Part shown: positions 16,987 to 25,459 of the stretch, in pieces
Layout: every line of letters begins with the position of its first letter
How positions within the stretch are numbered: the stretch's first letter is position 1
Source: a virus
Taxonomy: Duplodnaviria > Caudoviricetes
Length of the DNA stretch: 60,083 bases
Reading direction: 5' to 3' (one strand)
IMG/VR virus record: IMGVR_UViG_3300004806_000027
Coordinates: 1 to 60,083 of that record
The notes under the pieces: model-generated
Told to the model about the DNA's origin: nothing
Seen by the model: the letters and a program-made list of their open reading frames with translations, nothing else
The model's database searches: none
Program-made: the position numbers and the translations under genes

Positions 16987-17233
16987 GAACACGCCTATAA
17001 CCGCGCTGCAACGCGCATTAGAGATTGCCGGTGGACAAAACGCCTTGGCCCGCGCCATTGGGGTCAAACAGCCGTCCATTTGGGCATGGGTTAATCGTTC
17101 AACCAAGATTTCAGCCGAAAATGCGTTGGCCATTGAAAGGGCAACCGGTATTTCCCGGTGCGAATTAAGGCCAGACATTTTTTTGGTGCCATTGCCGCAA
17201 TCTCAAAATGATGAGGTGCGTAATGCTGGCTAG
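16985..17233 (+). CDS. cro: Cro-like (YdaS-type) repressor
   Basis: AGGQNALARAIGVKQPSIWAW...LRPDIF; divergent from cI. Confidence 0.9.
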   Translation: MNTPITALQRALEIAGGQNALARAIGVKQPSIWAWVNRSTKISAENALAIERATGISRCELRPDIFLVPLPQSQNDEVRNAG

Positions 17234-17448
17234 ATCAGTCATTGGCCGCAACTTGTTCGCCAATCGGTTGGGGATGATCCGACCGGTTAATAAGTTTGCA
17301 GCCAATGACGATCAAGGCCAGTCCTGTCGCCATATCAAGTTTTACCCAATTGTCGAGCGTGTCATTCCGGCCAAGGTCGTCACGCTCCAATTCCCGTTCA
17401 ATCATCAATCTGGCTCCCGTCCTTGCATCATTAAAATGCGAGGGAACG

Positions 17449-17898
17449 ATGAGCAAATACACAGTGAAAGTTACCAAAAAAATGCCGTGCGTTGATGCCG
17501 TTCCTGAAATGGGATCGCGCGTGGCGTTCTGGCTGCGCCAAGCCTATCCGCGCAATACCGTGAAAGAGGTGGCGAGAGCGGTTGATAGTGATGAGCGCAC
17601 CGTTCGGGAATGGCTTGAGGGCAAGTACCCAAGCGGAAAGCATATTTCGCGGTTAAGCGGCTTATTTGGGTATCGGTTTGTGGCGTTTGTGTTTGAACCA
17701 GCTTGTGGCGACACGGCAATGCTACGAATCCGAGGGGAATTGGATGATTTACAGAAAGAACATGCGCAATTGGCGGATCGCATTTTACAAGCGCGGGCTG
17801 ATTTTGACGGCATCCGCGCTGAATCGGATCGGCCATTGGTGCATTCGAACGGGTCACAAAGTGATGGACCTGTATTTTCCGATTTAACTGGCGATTGA
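17449..17898 (+). CDS. CII-position HTH regulator
   Basis: TVKEVARAVDSDERTVREWLEG HTH plus coiled coil; GAGGG RBS. Confidence 0.7.
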   Translation: MSKYTVKVTKKMPCVDAVPEMGSRVAFWLRQAYPRNTVKEVARAVDSDERTVREWLEGKYPSGKHISRLSGLFGYRFVAFVFEPACGDTAMLRIRGELDDLQKEHAQLADRILQARADFDGIRAESDRPLVHSNGSQSDGPVFSDLTGD

Positions 17899-17961
17899 GT
17901 TTTAAGAATTGCGGGTTTTTACCTGCTCAACAGGCCCACACGGGCGTACCTCCCTCAACTT

Positions 17962-17987
17962 GCCGGGGCTTTGGCCCTGGCCTTTTT
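17962..17987 (+). terminator. Possible tR terminator
   Basis: GCCGGGGC-TTTG-GCCCTGGC followed by CTTTTT. Confidence 0.5.
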
Positions 17988-17998
17988 GGAGATTGAGA

Positions 17999-18277
17999 AT
18001 GACAATTTCAAACGGACAATTGCAGTCAATAGTGGAGCGGATTGAGCGCCTTGAAACCGAGAAGGCAGAGCTGGCTGGGGACATTAAGGATGTGTACGCG
18101 GAGGCGGCTGCTCACGGGTTTGAAACCAAAATCATCCGCAAGGTCATTGCGCTTCGCAAAAAAGACAAAGCGCAGCGCGATGAAGAAGAAGCAAAGCTGG
18201 AATTGTATTTGAACGCTTTGGGCATGCTTGCCACCACTCCGTTGGGTGAAGCCGCATTAAAGCGTGTTGCGGCCTGA
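17999..18277 (+). CDS. gapR: GapR/DUF2312 nucleoid-associated protein
   Basis: QLQSIVERIERLETEKAELAGDIKDVYAEA...GFETKIIRKVIALRKKD...EEEAKLELY. Confidence 0.92.
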   Translation: MTISNGQLQSIVERIERLETEKAELAGDIKDVYAEAAAHGFETKIIRKVIALRKKDKAQRDEEEAKLELYLNALGMLATTPLGEAALKRVAA

Positions 18278-18708
18278 TGCGTCACTTGGCGACATTTGAA
18301 ATTGGCGGGGAGCCGGTCGGCAAACAGCGTCCGCGCATGACCAAACAGGGTCATGTTTATACTCCCGCCAAGACGGTTGAATATGAGCAAGCCGTTCAAT
18401 GGGCGGCGCGCGCCGTGTTCAAAGATGATCCGGTTGGCAATGCCATAGCGGCGACCATCAATGTGTTTGTCGTGCCTCCTAAATCTTGGCCAGCACGTCA
18501 ACGCAATGCGGCTTTAAAAGGGACGTTTGCACCGATTCATCGGGTCGATCTGGATAATGTCGCCAAGGCGGTTTGCGATGCTCTTAACGGCGTTGTGTAC
18601 CAAGATGACAAGCAAATCATTTGGCTGACCGTGCGGCGGCATTGGGCGGATAAGCCCAAGGTCAAAGTAACCATCGAAGCATTTGAATTGGATGCGGTGG
18701 CGGCATGA
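18277..18708 (+). CDS. rusA: RusA Holliday-junction resolvase
   Basis: GEPVGKQRPR, DLDNVAKAVCDALNGVVYQDDKQI. Confidence 0.93.
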   Translation: MRHLATFEIGGEPVGKQRPRMTKQGHVYTPAKTVEYEQAVQWAARAVFKDDPVGNAIAATINVFVVPPKSWPARQRNAALKGTFAPIHRVDLDNVAKAVCDALNGVVYQDDKQIIWLTVRRHWADKPKVKVTIEAFELDAVAA

Positions 18709-19892
18709 CGGCTTATTACAACGAAAACGATCCGTTTGCCGCTGCTTGGTTGCGCGAGCTAATCAAACAAGGATTGATTCCAGATGGATTCGTCGACATT
18801 CGATCTATTTGCGACGTCACCGGCGCCGACCTTGTCGGATTCGACCAAGTCCATTTCTTCGCCGGAATCGGGGGATGGGCCGAGGCTCTTAGACTTGCCG
18901 GATGGCCGGTCGACCGTCCCGTCTGGACCGGCTCGCCACCATGCCAGCCCTTCAGTGTCGCGGGAAAGCGGCAAGGGGTCGACGACAAGCGTCACCTCTG
19001 GCCGGAATTGTTTCGGCTCGTCGGCGAGTGTCGACCTTCAAACCTGTTTGGCGAACAGGTTGCGGCAGCGGTTGGTCAATCATGGCTCGACAATGTCGCC
19101 AATGATCTTGAAGGACTTGATTACGCCGTTGGGGCGGCGATTATTCCGGCTTGTGCCGTCGGCGCGCCGCACCGCCGCGACCGATTGTTCTTTGTGGCCC
19201 ACGCCCACAACTCCGAGCGGCGGGCAAAGCAATCCTCCCGGTACGACGCCGACAGGGGTCCGGCCGGACGGCTCAAAAGCAACAGTGACGCTACAGAATA
19301 CGATCCAAGCACTTTGGCCGACGCCTCGGGCGAACGACGGGACGGGCGCGCAGCTTCAACCGAATTTACAAGGGGGCTTGTTGTTGCGCCAGACGACGGC
19401 GCTTTGGGCGACGCCGCAAGTGCGCGAGAAGGGCGGCGGGGACTATACGGACCCGGACAAAGCGGCAGCCCGGATACAATCGGGGCACCAGGTCAATTTG
19501 CAGGATCATGTGCCGGCGCTTTGGTCGACGCCCAAAGCGACAGACGGCGACAAGGGCGGACCGAACCAGAAATACGGATCGGGGAGCATGACGCTTCCGT
19601 CTATGGTTTATTGGTCGACGCCGACAACGAACGACGCCAAAAACAACGCGGGGCCGTCACAATTCGAACGCAACAGCCAAGCGTTGAACGTTCAAGCGGC
19701 AATTATTGGGCCGATGCAGAACGGATTGTCGGGATCGACGGAAAAGCCAGGCCAGTTAAACCCGGAATTTGTCTCTTGGTTGATGGGCTACCCAACCGAG
19801 TGGGTATGTTGCGCGGCTTCGGTAACGCGATTGTCCCGCAAGCAGCGGCAGAGTTCATAGGTGCATATATGGATGTGAGGGCGGCGGCATGA
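18705..19892 (+). CDS. C5-cytosine DNA methyltransferase, large (alpha) subunit
   Basis: FFAGIGG (I), SPPCQPFS (IV), EQV (VI), HRRDRLFFV (VIII), LRGFGNAIV (X); motif IX absent in this frame. Confidence 0.92.
   Translation: MTAYYNENDPFAAAWLRELIKQGLIPDGFVDIRSICDVTGADLVGFDQVHFFAGIGGWAEALRLAGWPVDRPVWTGSPPCQPFSVAGKRQGVDDKRHLWPELFRLVGECRPSNLFGEQVAAAVGQSWLDNVANDLEGLDYAVGAAIIPACAVGAPHRRDRLFFVAHAHNSERRAKQSSRYDADRGPAGRLKSNSDATEYDPSTLADASGERRDGRAASTEFTRGLVVAPDDGALGDAASAREGRRGLYGPGQSGSPDTIGAPGQFAGSCAGALVDAQSDRRRQGRTEPEIRIGEHDASVYGLLVDADNERRQKQRGAVTIRTQQPSVERSSGNYWADAERIVGIDGKARPVKPGICLLVDGLPNRVGMLRGFGNAIVPQAAAEFIGAYMDVRAAA
18784..19860 (+). CDS. C5-MTase small (beta) subunit nested in the +1 frame of alpha
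   Basis: 358 open codons inside alpha; five W(P/A/S)TP modules; terminal GQLNPEFVSWLMGYPTEW (motif IX-like). True start uncertain. Confidence 0.8.
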   Translation: MDSSTFDLFATSPAPTLSDSTKSISSPESGDGPRLLDLPDGRSTVPSGPARHHASPSVSRESGKGSTTSVTSGRNCFGSSASVDLQTCLANRLRQRLVNHGSTMSPMILKDLITPLGRRLFRLVPSARRTAATDCSLWPTPTTPSGGQSNPPGTTPTGVRPDGSKATVTLQNTIQALWPTPRANDGTGAQLQPNLQGGLLLRQTTALWATPQVREKGGGDYTDPDKAAARIQSGHQVNLQDHVPALWSTPKATDGDKGGPNQKYGSGSMTLPSMVYWSTPTTNDAKNNAGPSQFERNSQALNVQAAIIGPMQNGLSGSTEKPGQLNPEFVSWLMGYPTEWVCCAASVTRLSRKQRQSS

Positions 19893-20095
19893 TGAGTGCG
19901 GCGCCCGCAATCCGGTATTTTCGCCACTTTCCCAAGTCTCAAGTGGATTGGGCCATAGGCACCGGCAAATGGGCGCGCACGGGTCGAAACAATGGGCTTT
20001 CGCACCATGAATATTGGAGCGAGTGCCTGGAATGGATAGGCGAGGGTGAGCCGGTTGACACAAAATTTTATGCTGGGACACCAAATGAACGGTGA
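19889..20095 (+). CDS. Hypothetical protein
   Basis: ATGA-coupled to the MTase. Confidence 0.6.
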   Translation: MMSAAPAIRYFRHFPKSQVDWAIGTGKWARTGRNNGLSHHEYWSECLEWIGEGEPVDTKFYAGTPNER

Positions 20096-21524
20096 TTATC
20101 AATCTTTTCTTGCGTCCAAGCAGCCTCGTGCGGTTATGCGCGGCTTAAAGGGCGATGCGTTGTTAGCGGATCATTTGTTTCCGTTTCAGCGCGAATGCGT
20201 TGACCATAATTTGCGCGTCGGCGCGGCTGGGTTGTTTTTAGACACTGGCATGGGCAAAACCGAGATCCAGCTTGAGTATTTGTACCACGCCATGAAGGCG
20301 ACTAACGGGCGCGGTTTATTGCTGACGCCGTTAGCTGTCGCGCAACAAACCAAGCGCCGGGCGGATAAGTATGGTTATGAGGCCCGCGTAATCCGCGAAA
20401 TGTCAGATGTTGGACCAGGAATTAACATTTGCAATTATGACCGCTTGGATAAGATTGATCCTGATGCTTTTGGTGCCGTGTCACTTGATGAGGCGTCAAT
20501 TCTTAAATCATTTACAAATAAAACCACGCGGGCGTTGATTGATGCGTTCAAGGGTCATCGGTTTAAGCTGACAGCGACCGCGACACCGGCCCCGAATGAT
20601 CACATGGAAATTGGCAATTATGCTGAATTTCTTGAAATCATGGCCGCAAATGAAATGCTATCCCGGTTCTTTATCAATGACACTTCAACCGCTTCCCAAG
20701 AGTGGCGGCTTAAGGGTCATGCTGAGATTTCATTTTGGGATTGGATGGCATCTTGGTGCCGGATGGCTGAACGTCCGGCTGATCTGGGGGACATGGAAAC
20801 TGACTCGCGGTTTGATCTGCCGCCGATGGAAATTATCCGGCATCAGGCGGCCCAAACCGAAATTAAAACCGATGGCAATGATCTATTTGCCCATCTGGCC
20901 CTATCAGCGACCAATCTGCATGACGTGAAACGTCAAACCGCTGCCGCTAGAACGGATGTTTTGGGCGGCTTCGTCACTCAAGATAAACCGTGGATCATTT
21001 GGGTTGATACCGATTATGAAGCCGACAGCGTTAAAAAGGCTTTGCCTTTTGCGGTTGAGGTTCGGGGGGCACAATCCATTGATGAAAAGGAAAGCCGACT
21101 AGAGGCTTTTGCTTCGGGCGATATCAAGGTGCTGATCGGCAAGCCGTCGATGCTTGGATATGGCTTAGATTGGTCGCATTGCGCTGATATGGCGTTTGTC
21201 GGTCGCGGCTATTCCTATGAGACATGGTATCAGGCCGTCCGCCGTTGCTGGCGGTTTGGACAGACTAAACCTGTCAATGTTCACTTGATCGTTGCAGAGG
21301 GTGAATCCGAGATCGGACGCGTGATTGACCGCAAGGCGATGGATCACAGCAAGATGAAATCCGCCATGCGCGCCGCCATGCTTCGGTCTGCTACCACTAC
21401 TCAACAAACAAAGATTGCTTACGAACCTAAACACAAAGGGAGACTACCATCATGGTTGACTGCGACAACGAATACCACGGCGAGCGGTTTGCGGCGTTCA
21501 ACGGAGACTGCGTTAGCGTCATAA
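20085..21524 (+). CDS. SNF2-like SF2 helicase
   Basis: DTGMGKT, LDEASILK, TATPAPND and QAVRRCWRFGQ motifs. Confidence 0.93.
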   Translation: MNGDYQSFLASKQPRAVMRGLKGDALLADHLFPFQRECVDHNLRVGAAGLFLDTGMGKTEIQLEYLYHAMKATNGRGLLLTPLAVAQQTKRRADKYGYEARVIREMSDVGPGINICNYDRLDKIDPDAFGAVSLDEASILKSFTNKTTRALIDAFKGHRFKLTATATPAPNDHMEIGNYAEFLEIMAANEMLSRFFINDTSTASQEWRLKGHAEISFWDWMASWCRMAERPADLGDMETDSRFDLPPMEIIRHQAAQTEIKTDGNDLFAHLALSATNLHDVKRQTAAARTDVLGGFVTQDKPWIIWVDTDYEADSVKKALPFAVEVRGAQSIDEKESRLEAFASGDIKVLIGKPSMLGYGLDWSHCADMAFVGRGYSYETWYQAVRRCWRFGQTKPVNVHLIVAEGESEIGRVIDRKAMDHSKMKSAMRAAMLRSATTTQQTKIAYEPKHKGRLPSWLTATTNTTASGLRRSTETALAS

Positions 21525-22330
21525 GCCAGTTACCGAGCGAAAGCATTGATTTTTCGGTCTATTCGCCGCCTTTCGGATCGCTGTTTGTTTATTCGACCAG
21601 TGCCGCCGATATGGGCAATTCTACTGATGAAGAATTTGCAGCCCATTATCAATTTTTGGTGCGCGAAAAATTCCGTGTAACCAAACCTGGGCGGCTGACT
21701 GCCGTTCATTGCTCCGATCTCCCGATGACTAAATGGAAAGATGGCGCGGTTGGGATCAAGGATTTCAGCGGGCAAATTATTCGTGCTCATGAGGCGGAAG
21801 GATGGATTTTGCATTCACGGCGCACGATCTGGAAATGCCCTGTCACGGAAATGACCCGTACAAAGCATGTCGGCTTGCTTTATAAGCAGCTAAAAAAAGA
21901 CAGCGCCAAAAGTCGCGGCGGGATGCCCGATTACCTTTTGACGTTTGTGAAACCGGGCGAGAATGCTGATCCTATCACTCATACGCCGGAAGATTTCCCC
22001 GTTGAACAATGGCAGGAATGGGCCAGCCCGGTATGGATGACTGTCAACCAATCCAATGTTTTGAACGTCCACATGGCGCGGGAACATAATGATGAGCGCC
22101 ATTTGTGTCCATTGCAGCTTGATGTGATTGAGCGGGCCTTGATTATGTGGAGCAATGCCGGGGATGTGGTTTTGAGCCCATTTATGGGGATTGGATCTGA
22201 GGGGTATATGTCTCTCAAGCTAGGCCGAAAGTTTATTGGCACGGAACTGAAAGAGGCTTATTGGCGCCAGGCGTGCCGGTATTTGGATTCCGTTGATCGG
22301 CAATCAAATTTATTTGGGGATGCCGCATGA
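21452..22330 (+). CDS. N4-C/N6-A DNA methyltransferase (beta class)
   Basis: SPPF, H.CPLQ and SPFMGIGSEG motifs; overlaps the helicase 3' end by 73 nt. Confidence 0.92.
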   Translation: MVDCDNEYHGERFAAFNGDCVSVISQLPSESIDFSVYSPPFGSLFVYSTSAADMGNSTDEEFAAHYQFLVREKFRVTKPGRLTAVHCSDLPMTKWKDGAVGIKDFSGQIIRAHEAEGWILHSRRTIWKCPVTEMTRTKHVGLLYKQLKKDSAKSRGGMPDYLLTFVKPGENADPITHTPEDFPVEQWQEWASPVWMTVNQSNVLNVHMAREHNDERHLCPLQLDVIERALIMWSNAGDVVLSPFMGIGSEGYMSLKLGRKFIGTELKEAYWRQACRYLDSVDRQSNLFGDAA

Positions 22331-22587
22331 TTATTCCTGAGCACATTAACAGTTTTGAGCGTGGCCGGTATGTCATTGCAGAAGTGGCTAAATCCCATGG
22401 GTTTACCATTGATGAAATTAAAGGCGAGGCTCGGTTTCGTGAATTGGTTGCGGCTCGTCGGGCTGCTGTAATGGCGATGGCCCCGCTGGGGTTGTCGTGC
22501 GCACAAATGGGGCGATTATTAAATCGGGATCACACGTCAATTATGCACCTGCGCGGCACGCGCAAGCGTAACCGGAAGGCGGGTTGA
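22327..22587 (+). CDS. DnaA C-terminal-like HTH protein
   Basis: ELVAARRAA...LSCAQMGRLLNRDHTSIMH. Confidence 0.85.
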   Translation: MIIPEHINSFERGRYVIAEVAKSHGFTIDEIKGEARFRELVAARRAAVMAMAPLGLSCAQMGRLLNRDHTSIMHLRGTRKRNRKAG

Positions 22588-22588
22588 T

Positions 22589-23419
22589 ATGAGCCAGGCG
22601 CCGGTTATGCCAATGTTTGTGGATGCGCTTTTGGGCGATACTCTGCATTGCGATGCTGAGTTGTTTGGAGCGTATCATTTTATTCTTTATGCGACATGGC
22701 GCAACAATGGCGAGCCGTTAGATGATGACGCGGAAACCATGGCGCGGATATGCCGGATGCCATTGGCGCGATTTACAAAGCTACGTCCTGTGTTGGTCAG
22801 GTTTTTTGATTTGACTGACGGCAAGTGGCGTCAAAAGAGATTAGAGAAAGAATGGGCCGCTGCTATCCTACGGCAAGAGCGGGCGCGAACCAATGGGGCG
22901 GGCGGTGGCAGGCCTAAAGCTAAACCCAAAAATAACCCAGTGGGTTTGCTAGATGAAACCCAAAGCAAACCCAAAGATAACCAAGTGGCTAACCCCCACG
23001 AAAGCTATCCTAATCCTATATCCAATATAGAGGATTCAGTTACTAGCGTAACTGGCGGCAAGCCGCCCGATTTGGCCACTTTGGTTTTTACTGATGGTCT
23101 AAAATTTTTAATTTCCAAGGGCGTCAAAGAGCCTCAAGCCCGGTCAGTGCTTGGCCGATGGCGAGGCATTCATGGGGATGCGGCTTTGATTGAGGTTTTG
23201 GGTTCGGCAAAACGGGAAGGGGCGATAGATGCAATCTCATTCATCGAAGGGTGCTTTAGAGCGCGCGGATCAAAGGGAAAACGGCAATCCAGCCTTGATG
23301 CCGCGCTTGCCAGCATCGCTAGCGCCGTTGGTGGGGATGGTGGAGCGCCGGGGGCAAGCGGTGGGCATTTCAGCGGACCAACACTTGATCTTGAGCCGGT
23401 ACAGCCGGGATTTGTTTGA
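22589..23419 (+). CDS. Replication initiator (YdaU/DUF1376)
   Basis: MPMFVDALLGDTLH..AELFGAY...W...QKRLEKE; internal iterons. Confidence 0.88.
   Translation: MSQAPVMPMFVDALLGDTLHCDAELFGAYHFILYATWRNNGEPLDDDAETMARICRMPLARFTKLRPVLVRFFDLTDGKWRQKRLEKEWAAAILRQERARTNGAGGGRPKAKPKNNPVGLLDETQSKPKDNQVANPHESYPNPISNIEDSVTSVTGGKPPDLATLVFTDGLKFLISKGVKEPQARSVLGRWRGIHGDAALIEVLGSAKREGAIDAISFIEGCFRARGSKGKRQSSLDAALASIASAVGGDGGAPGASGGHFSGPTLDLEPVQPGFV
22922..22988 (+). repeat. Iteron-like direct repeats (likely replication origin) inside the initiator gene
   Basis: AAACCCAAAAATAACCCAGTGG (22922-22943) vs AAACCCAAAGATAACCAAGTGG (22967-22988), plus AAACCCAAAG at 22956. Confidence 0.7.
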
Positions 23420-23783
23420 TGCGTTGCAACCTTGCGGAAAGGCTTTTGCGGGCGAAATGATGACTTGGCTGGTTCGATCAAAGGCACTGACCAATTTTGA
23501 CGGGGAATTGTACGTCAAGATTTTGGCGCCTGTTCCTGAGCGGATTTTGCGTCAAGTGATCGGGGAGCAAATACGGTCGGCGGATACGTTTATTCCGGTT
23601 GTTGGGGTCATTTGGAGCCGGTGCGAGAAGCTAATGAAGGACAAGCAAGCGGAATTGCGCGCGGTTCAAAAGCTTTTGGCACCGCGTGATCCAGCGCCGG
23701 TTGAAATGAGTAGGGACGAGCGCATGGTATCGGTCGAGCGCATCAGGGCCAAGGTTGCGACCATGTTTAGGGCGGAGGCGTGA
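23229..23783 (+). CDS. Replication-associated protein (helicase-loader position); start uncertain
   Basis: Follows and overlaps the initiator; TFIPVVGVI resembles the FxP motif of lambda P-like/inhibitor proteins. Confidence 0.55.
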   Translation: MQSHSSKGALERADQRENGNPALMPRLPASLAPLVGMVERRGQAVGISADQHLILSRYSRDLFDALQPCGKAFAGEMMTWLVRSKALTNFDGELYVKILAPVPERILRQVIGEQIRSADTFIPVVGVIWSRCEKLMKDKQAELRAVQKLLAPRDPAPVEMSRDERMVSVERIRAKVATMFRAEA

Positions 23784-23956
23784 TGGAAACCCTATCATTT
23801 TGGTGGTGGGTGTTTGTCACAAGCCCGCTTTGGCTGATGGGGGTGCTTATCATCGGCGCGTCGGCATGGATTACGGTTTTGGATTGGTTGGACATTCTGC
23901 GGGATTATCGCGGTGAAAAACCGGCGCGACCGGGATTTTTTGGGGAAACAAAATGA
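23783..23956 (+). CDS. 57-aa membrane protein METLSFWWWVFVTSPLW... (not in track)
   Basis: TGATG and ATGA overlaps with both neighbours; one TM segment. Confidence 0.6.
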   Translation: METLSFWWWVFVTSPLWLMGVLIIGASAWITVLDWLDILRDYRGEKPARPGFFGETK

Positions 23957-24513
23957 GAAACGCCATTCAGATTTCGGACTCGCGCAAATACATTCGAGAG
24001 GCTTGGGAAAAAACTCCTGGGGCATCGTCCAGCCAGATTGCTTTAATTGCTTCGGAGGCGGCTGGATGGCATATCACGCGCAATGCAGTTATGGGGCAAT
24101 TGCGGCGGTTGGGGCTTAAGCTGTCAAATGCCAAGGGGGCGGATCAGGAGCCGGTCGAACAAAAGCCAAAGGCCAAGGCACATGCAAAGCGCGTGATGGG
24201 GTTTAAAGGGCTGCGGATGCCCAGGCTGGTCACTGAACCAATGAAGCCGCGCTTGGTATCTAAATCACTGCCGATTGATCCGGCGTGGGGTGATGTTGTG
24301 GCCGGTGAGGGTGTTAAAGAACCGTGCGGGTGCTGCTGGGTCTATGGCAATCCGGGGCCGCAAGATAATGTTTGGCGTTACTGCCAAGACGCAAAGTTAT
24401 CGAATAAGCCATATTGCGCGGATCACGCTGCCATTGCTTATTTTCCTTTGGATAAGAAGCGGGAGCGGTCATTTAAGCGGCATGCGGAATTTGTCGGGCG
24501 GAGGTTTGGGTAA
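23953..24513 (+). CDS. gcrA: GcrA-like transcription regulator
   Basis: N-terminal SSSQIA...ITRNAVMGQLRRLGL; C-terminal CCWVYGNP..YC..PYCADHAAIAY. Confidence 0.88.
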   Translation: MRNAIQISDSRKYIREAWEKTPGASSSQIALIASEAAGWHITRNAVMGQLRRLGLKLSNAKGADQEPVEQKPKAKAHAKRVMGFKGLRMPRLVTEPMKPRLVSKSLPIDPAWGDVVAGEGVKEPCGCCWVYGNPGPQDNVWRYCQDAKLSNKPYCADHAAIAYFPLDKKRERSFKRHAEFVGRRFG

Positions 24514-24538
24514 TGGTTTTTTGCTTGTCGGTGCTGGC

Positions 24539-24550
24539 TGCGTCGGGTGA
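24539..24550 (+). promoter_or_regulatory. Late-motif copy 1 (TGCGTCGGGTGA)
   Basis: Intergenic, starting 26 nt after the gcrA stop; motif recurs at 28280, 35968(-), 36070 and 53808. Confidence 0.55.
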
Positions 24551-24556
24551 AAATAC

Positions 24557-24874
24557 ATGACCATGAAACGGCAAACGGCTTTAAAAGTATTTGGATTTGC
24601 GCAATTTTTGCTTTTTGCGCCCGCGATACTGGCTGTGGTCAACGGTTATGTGCCTGGCTGGCGGATTTGGGTGCCATTTGTTTTTGGGGGCATGCTTGGA
24701 TTGTTTTTTGAAATCAATTTTCAAGAGAGCGTTTGGGCTTGGAAATTGCGGTCATTGATGGAAATTAAAAGCGCGAGGCGGACCATGATAGCGTTGATGT
24801 TCTATGCCGTTGGATGGTTGTGCTTTTTAACTGGCACGATTATTTCCGCCATTAATTTGATGGATGGCCAATGA
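24557..24874 (+). CDS. Three-TM membrane protein
   Basis: Three hydrophobic segments. Confidence 0.7.
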   Translation: MTMKRQTALKVFGFAQFLLFAPAILAVVNGYVPGWRIWVPFVFGGMLGLFFEINFQESVWAWKLRSLMEIKSARRTMIALMFYAVGWLCFLTGTIISAINLMDGQ

Positions 24875-25107
24875 GCAAACCGGAATACATGCCGCAAATT
24901 GGGCCGGTGACCATCTCGTATAACGGACGAGTGGTTGAATTACCCGCTGCTCCGTCTGATATACTGGCGGAAGAATTTGTGGATGCGATATTGGAAATGG
25001 CGGGATTGGCGTCAAAGCCTGTTGAACCCGTTACGGGCAGCGACATTCTGGGGCCAAACGGTATGGATGCGTTTGTATCCCGCGAGTTTTTTGGAATGTG
25101 GCGATGA
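24871..25107 (+). CDS. Hypothetical protein
   Basis: ATGA-coupled at both ends. Confidence 0.6.
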   Translation: MSKPEYMPQIGPVTISYNGRVVELPAAPSDILAEEFVDAILEMAGLASKPVEPVTGSDILGPNGMDAFVSREFFGMWR

Positions 25108-25331
25108 TTGCAATTGGCGACATAACCGACCAATCGGGCGTTTTATTGCCTCCGCACATTGTTGAAATGTATTCAAAAGCCCTGCGCGCTCAATTTGAAT
25201 ACGAATCCCGGCGTTACAATTCGCGGTTTATGCCGGGCTATAGTCGGAACAAAGCGTATTTCCACGGCGTGGCTGCGGCGGAAATGGTGGAGAGACTGGC
25301 CAAATCATTGTTGAAAGGCCAAACGCCATGA
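25104..25331 (+). CDS. Hypothetical protein
   Basis: ATGA-coupled; similar to the next ORF. Confidence 0.6.
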   Translation: MIAIGDITDQSGVLLPPHIVEMYSKALRAQFEYESRRYNSRFMPGYSRNKAYFHGVAAAEMVERLAKSLLKGQTP

Positions 25332-25459
25332 ATCGCGCTTTTGAACACCAAGGCCAAGTTTTCATGCCGCCTGTCATGTTGGATTTTTTTAATAGGATCA
25401 GCATTGCAATCTTTGTCGAGTGTTTGGCTAAGTCATTGTTTGGCAAGATAAACGCATGA
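25328..25459 (+). CDS. 43-aa paralog of the preceding gene (not in track)
   Basis: MNRAFEHQGQVFMPPVMLDFF...FVECLAKSLFGKINA; ATGA overlaps on both sides. Confidence 0.6.
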   Translation: MNRAFEHQGQVFMPPVMLDFFNRISIAIFVECLAKSLFGKINA

